Shown here piece by piece: positions 8,129-16,467 of a stretch of 37,189 nt of DNA. This DNA is from a virus (lineage: Duplodnaviria; Caudoviricetes). Numbering within the stretch: the first letter of the stretch is position 1; each line of letters opens with the position of its first letter. The stretch is from IMG/VR virus record IMGVR_UViG_3300025353_000010, positions 1 through 37,189 of that record; one strand, given 5' to 3'. The translations under genes and the position numbers were made by a program. Below the pieces are notes generated by a model. That model saw nothing but the letters and a program-made list of their open reading frames with translations. It searched no databases and was not told where the DNA came from.

Positions 8129-8339
8129 AAAACCGTTACACGATATGGGTCCTCCCATTAAAGATGAGATTCCTGGATTGCGAGACTTCTTCGCTACTTC
8201 AGTACTCTCAGGAGCTATCGCTGCTGCTGGTGTGCCCGAGACTAACGTAGATGAATATTGTGAAGTGATTGCACATTTCTCTTATGCAATGGCTGATGCA
8301 ATGATGGCAGAAAAATACAAGAAAAACACACGACACTAA
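8115..8339 (+). CDS. phage hypothetical protein (LRDFFA...YAMADAM)
   Basis: Recognisable small phage protein pattern; start may be 8118. Confidence 0.75.
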   Translation: MMTTKKPLHDMGPPIKDEIPGLRDFFATSVLSGAIAAAGVPETNVDEYCEVIAHFSYAMADAMMAEKYKKNTRH

Positions 8340-8347
8340 GGATAAAG

Positions 8348-10249
8348 ATGTACAACACACCATTCAGTACCGTAGGCTATATTACCTACAAAAGAACTTA
8401 TGCACGTCGCTTAGACGAAGCAGACATCACCAGCAATACAGAAGAATTTCCTCAGACTGTAGAGCGAGTAATTAAAGCAGCAAACACACAGTTAGGTTGT
8501 AACTTTACAGAAGCAGAGCAAGAGCGTTTACGTAAGTATTTGATGGAACTAAAGGGAACTGTAGCAGGTCGTTTCCTTTGGCAGTTGGGCACGGACACTG
8601 TAGGCAAGCTAGGTCTTGCTTCATTACAAAACTGTGCCTTTACTGTTATCGATGAACCTGTTCGTCCTTTTACTTGGGCTATGGACTTATTGATGTTAGG
8701 TTCTGGCGTAGGTTATAACATACAAAAGAAAAATGTTGAAAAACTTCCTGAAGTCAATATTAATTTTAGTGCCCCTACTCGTGTGGATAGCAATGATGCG
8801 GATTTTATTGTCCCTGATTCGAGGGAGGGTTGGGTACAGTTACTGGGCAAAACGCTCAAGGCAGCGTTCCTAAGTGATAAAAATCCAACTTTCTCTTATT
8901 CCACTGTACTTGTACGTGGTCGTGGTGCTGTTATTAAGGGCTTCGGAGGCACAGCTTCTGGACCTGAAGACTTATGTGACGGCATTGTTAAAGTATCTAC
9001 CATTCTAGAGAAACGTGCTGGTAAGAAGCTACGTCCTATCGATTGCTTAGATATTATGAACATTATTGGTGCAATCGTCGTAGCAGGTAATGTACGTCGC
9101 TCTGCACAGATTGCTATTGGAGATGCAGACGATGTTGAGTACCTTCTTGCAAAACGCTGGGATATGGGAAATATTCCTAGCTGGAGAGCTATGTCTAACA
9201 ATAGCGTTGTTTGTAACGATATTAAAGACTTGCATGAATACTTCTGGGACGGTTACGAAGGAAAAGGCGAGCCTTACGGTCTTATTAACCTTCGACTATC
9301 TCGTAAAATCGGTAGGCTGGGCGACACTAATTATCCTGACCCAGATGTGCAGGGTTATAATCCTTGTGCTGAGCAGTCTTTGGCTCCTTATGAAACCTGT
9401 TGTCTAGCCGAAGTTTATTTATCTAATGTAACATCTAAGGAAGAATTCGTTGATATCTGTACACTCCTTTATCGCATTAACAAGCATAGCCTTTCTCTTC
9501 CTTGCCATCTACAAGAAACAGCCGATATTGTCCATAAAAACATGCGTATGGGCATTGGCGTTACTGGAGTTCTACAATCTTCTGATGAACAACGGAGCTG
9601 GTTAAAAGATGCGTATGTAGAGCTGCGTAAGTTTGATAAAGAATATTCTGCTAAGCATGGTTTTCCTGAGTCTATCAAGTTAACTACAGTTAAACCTTCA
9701 GGTACTTTATCTTTGTTACCAGGTGTGACTTCTGGTTGCCATCCTGCTTACAGCCACTACATGATTCGTCGTATCCGTATCGCAGCAGACCACAGCTTAG
9801 TGCAAGTGTGTCGTGAGCATGGATACCCAGTAGAGTATCAACGTAACTTTGATGGTACTGATGACCACAGCACAATGGTAGTTTCATTCCCATTTGCTTA
9901 TCCTGAAGGTACTAAAATTGCTGCTGAGATGACTGCTATTGACCAACTAGAAACTGTTAAATGGTTGCAAGATAACTGGTCAGACAATAGCGTTAGCTGT
10001 ACTGTGTATTACCGTAAAGAAGAGTTGCCAGAGATTAAGAAGTATCTGGCTAAGAACTACAAAAATAACCATAAGTCACTGTCGTTTTTACTACACAATG
10101 AACATGGTTTTAAACAAGCTCCTCTTGAAGAAATCACTAAAGAAACGTATGATGCGTTAGTGGCTAGTACAAGATTGATTACCAAAGTGGAAGATGCTTC
10201 CTTTGAAGGTGACCTCGAATGCGCAGGTGGAGTTTGCCCCGTTAAATAA
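8348..10249 (+). CDS. nrdJ: class II (adenosylcobalamin-dependent) ribonucleotide reductase, monomeric RTPR-like
   Basis: YKRTYAR, QNCAF, GSGVG, VVAGNVRRSAQI, NPCAE, TTVKPSGT and C-terminal CAGGVCP; no beta-subunit gene. Confidence 0.95.
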   Translation: MYNTPFSTVGYITYKRTYARRLDEADITSNTEEFPQTVERVIKAANTQLGCNFTEAEQERLRKYLMELKGTVAGRFLWQLGTDTVGKLGLASLQNCAFTVIDEPVRPFTWAMDLLMLGSGVGYNIQKKNVEKLPEVNINFSAPTRVDSNDADFIVPDSREGWVQLLGKTLKAAFLSDKNPTFSYSTVLVRGRGAVIKGFGGTASGPEDLCDGIVKVSTILEKRAGKKLRPIDCLDIMNIIGAIVVAGNVRRSAQIAIGDADDVEYLLAKRWDMGNIPSWRAMSNNSVVCNDIKDLHEYFWDGYEGKGEPYGLINLRLSRKIGRLGDTNYPDPDVQGYNPCAEQSLAPYETCCLAEVYLSNVTSKEEFVDICTLLYRINKHSLSLPCHLQETADIVHKNMRMGIGVTGVLQSSDEQRSWLKDAYVELRKFDKEYSAKHGFPESIKLTTVKPSGTLSLLPGVTSGCHPAYSHYMIRRIRIAADHSLVQVCREHGYPVEYQRNFDGTDDHSTMVVSFPFAYPEGTKIAAEMTAIDQLETVKWLQDNWSDNSVSCTVYYRKEELPEIKKYLAKNYKNNHKSLSFLLHNEHGFKQAPLEEITKETYDALVASTRLITKVEDASFEGDLECAGGVCPVK

Positions 10250-10259
10250 GGAGAAAGAT

Positions 10260-10529
10260 ATGATTGATAAACAAGATTTTATGTTAGGAATGCGACGCTT
10301 AAATGAAGTACTTAATCTTGCTGATGAAGTTCAGCCAGTGATTATGAAGCGTTGTATGGAAGCTGCTGAGGACTTTGATTCAATGGACCCTGTGCAGTTT
10401 GTGGTGTTGTGGAAAGACATTAAGAAAATGCTAACACCGATTAATGATAAGTTACTGGAGTTGCAGACTGTCTCTATGTTTAGAGAGCTGCAGCCACCTG
10501 AGTACCCAGACCCTGAAGAGGTCTTATAA
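10260..10529 (+). CDS. hypothetical protein
   Basis: TAAGGAG RBS and ATG 10260; last gene of the + arm. Confidence 0.75.
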   Translation: MIDKQDFMLGMRRLNEVLNLADEVQPVIMKRCMEAAEDFDSMDPVQFVVLWKDIKKMLTPINDKLLELQTVSMFRELQPPEYPDPEEVL

Positions 10530-10551
10530 GTTTCCTTGAAGTTGTTTTGAC

Positions 10552-10576
10552 GGCCCTCTTCGGAGGGTCTTTTTTA
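10552..10576 (+). terminator. intrinsic terminator of the replication arm
   Basis: GGCCCTC-TTCG-GAGGGTC hairpin (cUUCGg tetraloop) followed by TTTTTT. Confidence 0.9.
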
Positions 10577-10578
10577 TA

Positions 10579-10672
10579 GGTGAGGGGTTACAAACTCGCC
10601 TGCCAATTCGTTGATGCCCTAGCTAGAAAGACGGAAAATCACTAGGTTCTTGAATACCCTCGTGCCGTCTTG
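10579..10672 (-). ncRNA. candidate structured RNA element (pseudoknot-capable); strand uncertain
   Basis: Complementary segments AAGACGG/CCGTCTT, CCTAG/CTAGG and GAGGG/CCCTC within 95 nt of non-coding DNA. Confidence 0.35.
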
Positions 10673-10674
10673 AC

Positions 10675-11088
10675 TTATTTAATTCCTATTTGTTCGTTAA
10701 TCCACTTCTGTAGTTCTATTACTTGGGCTGTTGTCTCTGCACATTGTCCAGCAAAAACATTGTAGGAGGAGATAACATCAGTGACGCTGGGGGCTGTGGA
10801 AAGTCCTGACACTTTACTGGCACTGCCGTTGTTCCACACGCTTGTAGACTTATAATAATTCCTAATAGCACTAAGCTTCGCATCATATTCATCTTGAATT
10901 CCTTTTGTAACTAACGCTTGTTGTTTCGTGATTGATTGGACTTTCGCTTCTTGAACTTTTGCTTCAGATTCCACTTTAGCTCTATATGCTGAAAACTTAG
11001 TATGCTCAACATAACCATAAAAGCAGCCACACACAAGTAAAAGTCCAATGAAAAGTTTGACATAAGTTAGTACCGATAGTGGAAACAT
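10675..11088 (-). CDS. Rz: Rz-like inner-membrane spanin
   Basis: N-terminal TM, coiled-coil periplasmic part, last in the lysis cluster, with an embedded lipoprotein gene. Confidence 0.8.
   Translation of the reverse strand: MFPLSVLTYVKLFIGLLLVCGCFYGYVEHTKFSAYRAKVESEAKVQEAKVQSITKQQALVTKGIQDEYDAKLSAIRNYYKSTSVWNNGSASKVSGLSTAPSVTDVISSYNVFAGQCAETTAQVIELQKWINEQIGIK
10719..10892 (-). CDS. Rz1: Rz1-like outer-membrane lipoprotein spanin embedded in Rz (not in ORF track)
   Basis: Alternate frame MNMMRSLVLLGIIISLQAC-GTTAVPVKCQDFPQPPASLMLSPP...; lipobox LQAC, Pro-rich mature part, AAGGA RBS. Start may be 10886 or 10883. Confidence 0.85.
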   Translation of the reverse strand: MNMMRSLVLLGIIISLQACGTTAVPVKCQDFPQPPASLMLSPPTMFLLDNVQRQQPK

Positions 11089-11291
11089 TATTTATCATCC
11101 AAAGGTTTAGTTGTCGTAGCTCTAAGATAAGCTATGACAATACCAATTACAAACATAGAGATACTATAGACTTTAGGGTCTAGTAAATCTTGAATGTATG
11201 AAGAGTTATCTGAGATAGCTCCGAGCAAAAACAGTAGTCCTGAGAACCACATTGTCCTTGAACGGAACATTCCAGCAAGTCTACGCTTCAT
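11088..11291 (-). CDS. putative holin
   Basis: 67 aa, two hydrophobic segments, basic N-terminus, in the lysis cluster. Confidence 0.65.
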   Translation of the reverse strand: MKRRLAGMFRSRTMWFSGLLFLLGAISDNSSYIQDLLDPKVYSISMFVIGIVIAYLRATTTKPLDDK

Positions 11292-11458
11292 TACATCTTC
11301 TTCTTTTTGTCAGACATACGGCCTTTAGGCTTAACCTTAGACTTACCAGCTTTGGAAAGTGCAATAGCTATAGACTGCTTCTGAGGCTTGCCATGTGACA
11401 TCTCAGTTTTAATGTTAGAAGACACTGTCTTTTTAGAACTACCAGTTTTTAACGGCAT
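11291..11458 (-). CDS. small highly basic protein (55 aa; not in ORF track)
   Basis: Manual translation MPLKTGSSKKTVSSNIKTEMSHGKPQKQSIAIALSKAGKSKVKPKGRMSDKKKKM; the KQ.IAIALS.A pattern resembles DUF6496-type proteins. Confidence 0.8.
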   Translation of the reverse strand: MPLKTGSSKKTVSSNIKTEMSHGKPQKQSIAIALSKAGKSKVKPKGRMSDKKKKM

Positions 11459-11461
11459 GAT

Positions 11462-11911
11462 TTATCCTTTATATGTACCATGAAGAAAGCAGTCTTGCTC
11501 AGCAAACCTGCGTTTAAGAATACTATTACTATGTCCACCAGCTACCATAGACCACTTAGGAAACTCCCCAGAAGCAGCAGTTTTGTTTCCTGCTTTAAGT
11601 AATTTAAGAAGTGTAGAACGTTTAAAAGCACCACATCCTAAGTTGTAAGTAAAGGACACGAGAGCATCGAATTCATTTTGTGTTAAGTCTAAGCCTGAAG
11701 AGTTAACGCAGTCTTCAGCAGTGCTTACATCTTGTCTAAGAAGTTGTGTAGCCTGTCCCATAGTAATAGGACTGCCTTCAACTAAACCATCACCAGGAAC
11801 CATAAGATGACCATAACCTACTGTCAACTTATTAGCTGTGTCCAAATAAGGCATGCTACGAAAGCCTTCAAATGTTTTAAGTTGTTCAATACCTTTGTCA
11901 GAAGTTCTCAT
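11462..11911 (-). CDS. endolysin, GH24 lysozyme
   Basis: FEGFRSMPYLD...TVGYGH (E-x8-D-x5-T triad) and FDALVSFTYNLG. Confidence 0.95.
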   Translation of the reverse strand: MRTSDKGIEQLKTFEGFRSMPYLDTANKLTVGYGHLMVPGDGLVEGSPITMGQATQLLRQDVSTAEDCVNSSGLDLTQNEFDALVSFTYNLGCGAFKRSTLLKLLKAGNKTAASGEFPKWSMVAGGHSNSILKRRFAEQDCFLHGTYKG

Positions 11912-12366
11912 GTTGCCTGTGTCGATGCAGTTAGAATACCGTTAGTAAATGTCATGCTACCGTTAGTACCCCCAGTAGTTAATTTAGCTGTTGTAATAGT
12001 ACGAGTAATACCTACGTTCTGTGCAGCCATTGTTCCTAGAGTAGGTTTGTGTTTAATGTAATCTACAGCAGCAGTATTGGTTTGTGTCCAATCAGACTGT
12101 ATTTGAGTAAGACTAGGAATACCTGTAATAGTACCACCAGTAATGTTTACGTTAAAGGAGTTTTGAGTAGCCATATTGCCAAGACCTAAATTCTGTCTAG
12201 CACCTGTAACAGTAGTAGCTCCAGTACCTCCTTGAAGAATAGACCACACAATGTTACCAGTTTGTGCTTGTTGAATATAAGTTCCTAAATTACGGAACCA
12301 TTCACGCCATCTAGGATTTTCTTTAATCTCATCTTGTGGGATAGGAGGAAGATTATTAACAGCCAC
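11908..12366 (-). CDS. putative minor tail/virion protein
   Basis: GGTGATT, ARQNLGLG, two GxMAxQN repeats and MTFTNGILT fibre-like motifs. Confidence 0.6.
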   Translation of the reverse strand: MAVNNLPPIPQDEIKENPRWREWFRNLGTYIQQAQTGNIVWSILQGGTGATTVTGARQNLGLGNMATQNSFNVNITGGTITGIPSLTQIQSDWTQTNTAAVDYIKHKPTLGTMAAQNVGITRTITTAKLTTGGTNGSMTFTNGILTASTQAT

Positions 12367-13693
12367 TCTCTACTCCTTCAGCATAGCCTGCATCTTGTAA
12401 ATCTTCTAAACACTTTTGAACCTTTTCACCAATGTCAGTACGATAAGCAATACTGTTTGGAATTTCAATCTTCTTCTTAATGGTGTCGTAGACCTTGCAA
12501 CGAGCGTCTTCAATATTATCACCAAGACCTACTACTGTGCAGACATAGTCACCAGCAGTAACAAACATAGGCTCATTCTCTTTAAGCTTACCGTCAATCA
12601 TTGCAGGACCTTTGCCCCACTGTACTTCACACAAGTGTACGTCAGTAACAGCGTCATCCATATCCATACCCCAGATAGGATAACCAGAGTTTTCTTTTTT
12701 AGTTACATGACTATAAGGATAGTCAGGAATAGTAATGACAACACCAGCAGCAATCTTATTAGATACCTTTAAAGTGTCTTCGCCATTAATAAGGTCTAAC
12801 ATCCATTGAGCAGGGTCTCCCTTATGTAAAGATAACTGAATATTAAAGAGAGGCCAGCCTGGACGCATTGTGAACTCTAAAGGCCATGCTTGACCTTGTT
12901 TGTCAATAATACAGTTCACATCGATGTAGCCAGTGTAGCCTAAACCATGAAGCATGTCTTCTAGTGGCTTAAGCATCTGGTCAGCCAGTTTAGAGTCTTG
13001 TGTGTAGCGAACAATAGTACCTTGCTCACCTGTAGTAACACCAAGCTCACCATCCATTAACTTCTTGTGCTCCCAAGACTCACAGAAGTTTTTAGAGAAG
13101 CCACACTTACCAAACCAACCGCCTACACCGAACTCAATGCCAGGACGAAACTCTTGAAGAATAAACTTGCCTTTAAGAGCATTCTTTTTCTTCCAACGAT
13201 TTAACATATAAATCATATCTGCAGCAGACTTTGCTACATAGGATAATGTTTTGTCCCCGTCACCAATAGGCTTAGACACAAAGCGACGTGGGTTCTCTTT
13301 GACATAAGCAATAGCTTCGTCATACTTTTCAAAGGTACGGCTAGGAATGGTTTTGATACCAGCTAAGTTAAGAACTTTTTCTCCATGGTCACGCTCTTGT
13401 TCCCAACGATTAGTATCGATGGATGGTCCAAAGATAGGATAACCTTTATCACGATAACGCTCTAGTGCATGGATATAAAATAAGTTATCTGTACAGAACA
13501 CGAGGTCTGCCCAGTTCATGTGGTCTTCCCAATTACTTACACGTTTAATGAGACCACCATCACCTACTTCAGAACGGCTACCATCCTTATTATGACGAAT
13601 GAATAGACGTACTTCGTGTCCATAGTCTTGGCTACGTAAGCCAAAGGAGAGACCACAACCGCAGCCTGATTGGTCGATGATTAGTATTTTCAT
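12356..13693 (-). CDS. PurD (GAR synthetase)-like ATP-grasp ligase, divergent
   Basis: FVSKP, ILQEF..GIE, EHKKLMDGELGVTTGEQGT, GYIDVN, LEFTMRPGWP and YRTDIG match the PurD architecture. Confidence 0.85.
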   Translation of the reverse strand: MKILIIDQSGCGCGLSFGLRSQDYGHEVRLFIRHNKDGSRSEVGDGGLIKRVSNWEDHMNWADLVFCTDNLFYIHALERYRDKGYPIFGPSIDTNRWEQERDHGEKVLNLAGIKTIPSRTFEKYDEAIAYVKENPRRFVSKPIGDGDKTLSYVAKSAADMIYMLNRWKKKNALKGKFILQEFRPGIEFGVGGWFGKCGFSKNFCESWEHKKLMDGELGVTTGEQGTIVRYTQDSKLADQMLKPLEDMLHGLGYTGYIDVNCIIDKQGQAWPLEFTMRPGWPLFNIQLSLHKGDPAQWMLDLINGEDTLKVSNKIAAGVVITIPDYPYSHVTKKENSGYPIWGMDMDDAVTDVHLCEVQWGKGPAMIDGKLKENEPMFVTAGDYVCTVVGLGDNIEDARCKVYDTIKKKIEIPNSIAYRTDIGEKVQKCLEDLQDAGYAEGVESGC

Positions 13694-16464
13694 TATTCTT
13701 TTTTCTTACCGTAAACAGGAAGCCCTAATGTGCCTAAAGCAGCACGTTTAGCGCCTTCACCTGTAGGAGCTGTAATAGCAGATTGAACCTGGAAAGGAAC
13801 AGCCATTTGACCTACAGCTTTAGCTTTACCTAAAGCAGTTTTATCTTTCAAAGGACCTAATCCTGGTACTGTTCCTGTAGTAGCAACAATAACAGCACGG
13901 GGAATAAAACCAAGTTTGTTAGTTAAAGTTTTCAAAGGGTCTTTAACCCAGTGAATAGCTTCCATTGAATGTTTAGCTAATTGCATGGATGTACCATCTC
14001 TAAACTCGATACGAGTAGGGTCTTTATTTTCCCATATATCATGTCCAGAAGTCCAGTTATTAATTCCGTTTAATACTGTAGCATAAATAAGAGCATTACG
14101 CAACTGATATTGACGTGCAAAGTCAGCTTCTAGTTTAGGATTCCAAAGACCTTTAAGACCAGAACCCTTGTTAAACATTGTCGTAAAAGCACGTAAGGTT
14201 GATACAGTCCAGTCAGGAGCAAACATTAATAGCTGTAAGTTTCTACGACCTGTAGGATTGAAAGCTGTCGCTGCAAGTTCTTTAGCAATCTTATTATTAG
14301 TACGTGCACTAACTTCAAACCAGTTTAAACTACCAAAAGTATTGTTAGAATAAGAAGCAATTTCACGAGCTAACAACTTAGGGTCTACGTCAGGATAAGC
14401 AAGCTTAGCTTCTTCTAGTTTCTTTAAAGCTACTAATGTTTTAAAACCTGTAGCAGCAAAGTCCCAAGTAAGTTTATCAAAAGGTTTTAAAGTAATATCT
14501 TCTACTTTACGTAAAGCTTTTTCGCTAATACTAGTATCTTTAATAGGACTATACTTATTTAAAGTCCAATCAGCAGCACGTCCAATATCAGAAAGAATAC
14601 CTCTAGTAACGTCTTCAGGAGTCTCTACAATTAAACCTTCACGTAAAAGCATATCAACATTATCGCCTAGACCGCCTTCACGTAACGTTTTAAGAGCAGC
14701 TTTAGTTCCTGCAAACCCTGTAGCAAGTTCTTTAGCAAACTTAACAGGGTCAGATAAAAGAAATGCTTCAGCCAAAGACTTAGCATGGAAAAGACTTCCG
14801 ATAACGTTAGCACGTTTAGCTGCTTGAGAAACTGCATTCAAGCCTTTCATAATCATTCCTGGGTTCGTATTGTCAAATACAAACTTCATAGGAATAGCCA
14901 TGTCAGGATGGAAAGCATAACCAGGCATCTGAGGATAAGTAACCCAGTCACGAGGCATAGGTTCTTTTTCTGTAATTTTTTGTGCTACAGGATAACCTTC
15001 TACATCTTTTAAATCTTTTAAAGAACCAAGCATCTCTTTATTAAGAATAGCTTTTTCCATAGAAGCAGAGTATTGTTTCCAAATTTCAGCAGCATTCTTA
15101 GTTTTAACAACCATACCACTGCCTTCAATAGCAGCTTGTAAATCTTCAAAGGTTTCGTATTTACGTTCTTTACCAAAGCGAGACTTACCAGAAGTGCTTG
15201 GGCTTCTTGAAGCACCAGATTCAATAAAAGCTTTAACAGCATCAGCAGGAGAAGAAATACCAGACTTCTCAAAGTCTACAATATGTGGAATATAGTCTTC
15301 AATAAAACCTTTAATAACACCAGCTTCTTTGCCCCGATTGTAAAACTCCTTATAGCCTTTGCTATAAAGTTCATTGGCTTTAAGTTGTTCAGGTGTAAGA
15401 TTAGAGAAGTCTTTAGCATCACGAGCAAGAGTAATAGCTTCTTGTCCTAACTCATCAGGGACAAGTCTTTCAGCTTCAATCTTTAAATTATGAGAAATAC
15501 GAGAATTAGCATTGTAATCATTGATACGTTTACGGATAATGTTCTCTGTGGCTTTACCAACGTCAGCTTCTTCTTGAAGAGTATTTAAATCTTTAATACT
15601 TGCTTGTTCTTTAACCTTTACTTCAGGAGGAATGTCAGCAAGATGTTCTTCTACCTTAGGCATTCCTTCAGGCTGAACAGCTTTAACAGGCTCGGCTGGT
15701 TTAATAGGCTCAGGAGCTTCTTTAGGAACCAGTTCAGGAGTTACCTTAGGCTCTCCTCTAATAGCTCTTCCTGTGCCTTCTAAAGACTTGTGCATAGCCT
15801 CAAAAGCCACAGCCGTGTATACAGATTCCGTAGCAGCTTGCATGAGGTCTTGTGGATTAACATCACGACCTTCTAATTTAGCTTTAGCACCTTCAGCACC
15901 AGCAGCGAGGACACCAAATTGAGTTGCGGTGTTTGCGGTATTATAAGCAGCACGACTAACCTTAGCTACACGTCCTGCATCAGCAGCTAAAGCACCTGCA
16001 CGTCCTATACCACCAGTAACAAGCATTTCAGGGTCATAAACAATCCCTTTAATTAAATCAGCAGTAAATGCTCCTGGGTTATCAGTAGCTTTTTTAGCAA
16101 TAGCTTTTCCTATTTCAATAGGATTAGCAACACCTTCTTTAAGAGCGTTAATTGTTTCAGAAGCACTTCTTACTACTTGTTTTTGTTCAGTAGGAGTAAT
16201 TGGCTCTAAACCAGGCATGATACCACCCAAAGCAGACCTTGCGGTGTACTCTATAATAGGGGCTATCATAGATTTCTTTTTCCAGTCTTCAATCGAAATT
16301 TCTCCCAAGCCTTTACCAAGCTCAGAGAAAAATCCTTTTGATTCGGCTGGTTGCTCTTTAGATTGAGAAGCCTCCCATTCAGCAGGGCTTAATAATTTAG
16401 GAGCAGCCTCAACAGTAACCTTAGAATCTTTAGACTGAGATGCTTCCCACTCTTGTGGACTCAT
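13693..16464 (-). CDS. large internal virion/DNA ejection protein (gp16-like position)
   Basis: 923 aa, Ala/Gly-rich and helical; third of three genes after the nozzle and GNAT genes. Confidence 0.65.
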   Translation of the reverse strand: MSPQEWEASQSKDSKVTVEAAPKLLSPAEWEASQSKEQPAESKGFFSELGKGLGEISIEDWKKKSMIAPIIEYTARSALGGIMPGLEPITPTEQKQVVRSASETINALKEGVANPIEIGKAIAKKATDNPGAFTADLIKGIVYDPEMLVTGGIGRAGALAADAGRVAKVSRAAYNTANTATQFGVLAAGAEGAKAKLEGRDVNPQDLMQAATESVYTAVAFEAMHKSLEGTGRAIRGEPKVTPELVPKEAPEPIKPAEPVKAVQPEGMPKVEEHLADIPPEVKVKEQASIKDLNTLQEEADVGKATENIIRKRINDYNANSRISHNLKIEAERLVPDELGQEAITLARDAKDFSNLTPEQLKANELYSKGYKEFYNRGKEAGVIKGFIEDYIPHIVDFEKSGISSPADAVKAFIESGASRSPSTSGKSRFGKERKYETFEDLQAAIEGSGMVVKTKNAAEIWKQYSASMEKAILNKEMLGSLKDLKDVEGYPVAQKITEKEPMPRDWVTYPQMPGYAFHPDMAIPMKFVFDNTNPGMIMKGLNAVSQAAKRANVIGSLFHAKSLAEAFLLSDPVKFAKELATGFAGTKAALKTLREGGLGDNVDMLLREGLIVETPEDVTRGILSDIGRAADWTLNKYSPIKDTSISEKALRKVEDITLKPFDKLTWDFAATGFKTLVALKKLEEAKLAYPDVDPKLLAREIASYSNNTFGSLNWFEVSARTNNKIAKELAATAFNPTGRRNLQLLMFAPDWTVSTLRAFTTMFNKGSGLKGLWNPKLEADFARQYQLRNALIYATVLNGINNWTSGHDIWENKDPTRIEFRDGTSMQLAKHSMEAIHWVKDPLKTLTNKLGFIPRAVIVATTGTVPGLGPLKDKTALGKAKAVGQMAVPFQVQSAITAPTGEGAKRAALGTLGLPVYGKKKE

Positions 16465-16467
16465 GGT

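Noticed and set aside
206-9893. Antisense and alternate-frame ORFs inside helicase, polA, exonucleases and nrdJ
   Set aside because: They are shadows of well-supported genes, with no recognisable motifs.
10552-10576. Bidirectional terminator
   Set aside because: The U-tract is present only on the + strand; the - strand reads GTCAAAAC after the stem.
10579-10672. SAM-II riboswitch, hammerhead or HDV-like ribozyme assignment
   Set aside because: Only superficial similarity (UGAUUU..CCGU; CGAAU). The required core segments and pairings were not found.
12356-13693. Calling the gene purD, an auxiliary purine-synthesis gene
   Set aside because: Substrate-binding motifs differ from PurD and the context is virion assembly, so no gene symbol was given.
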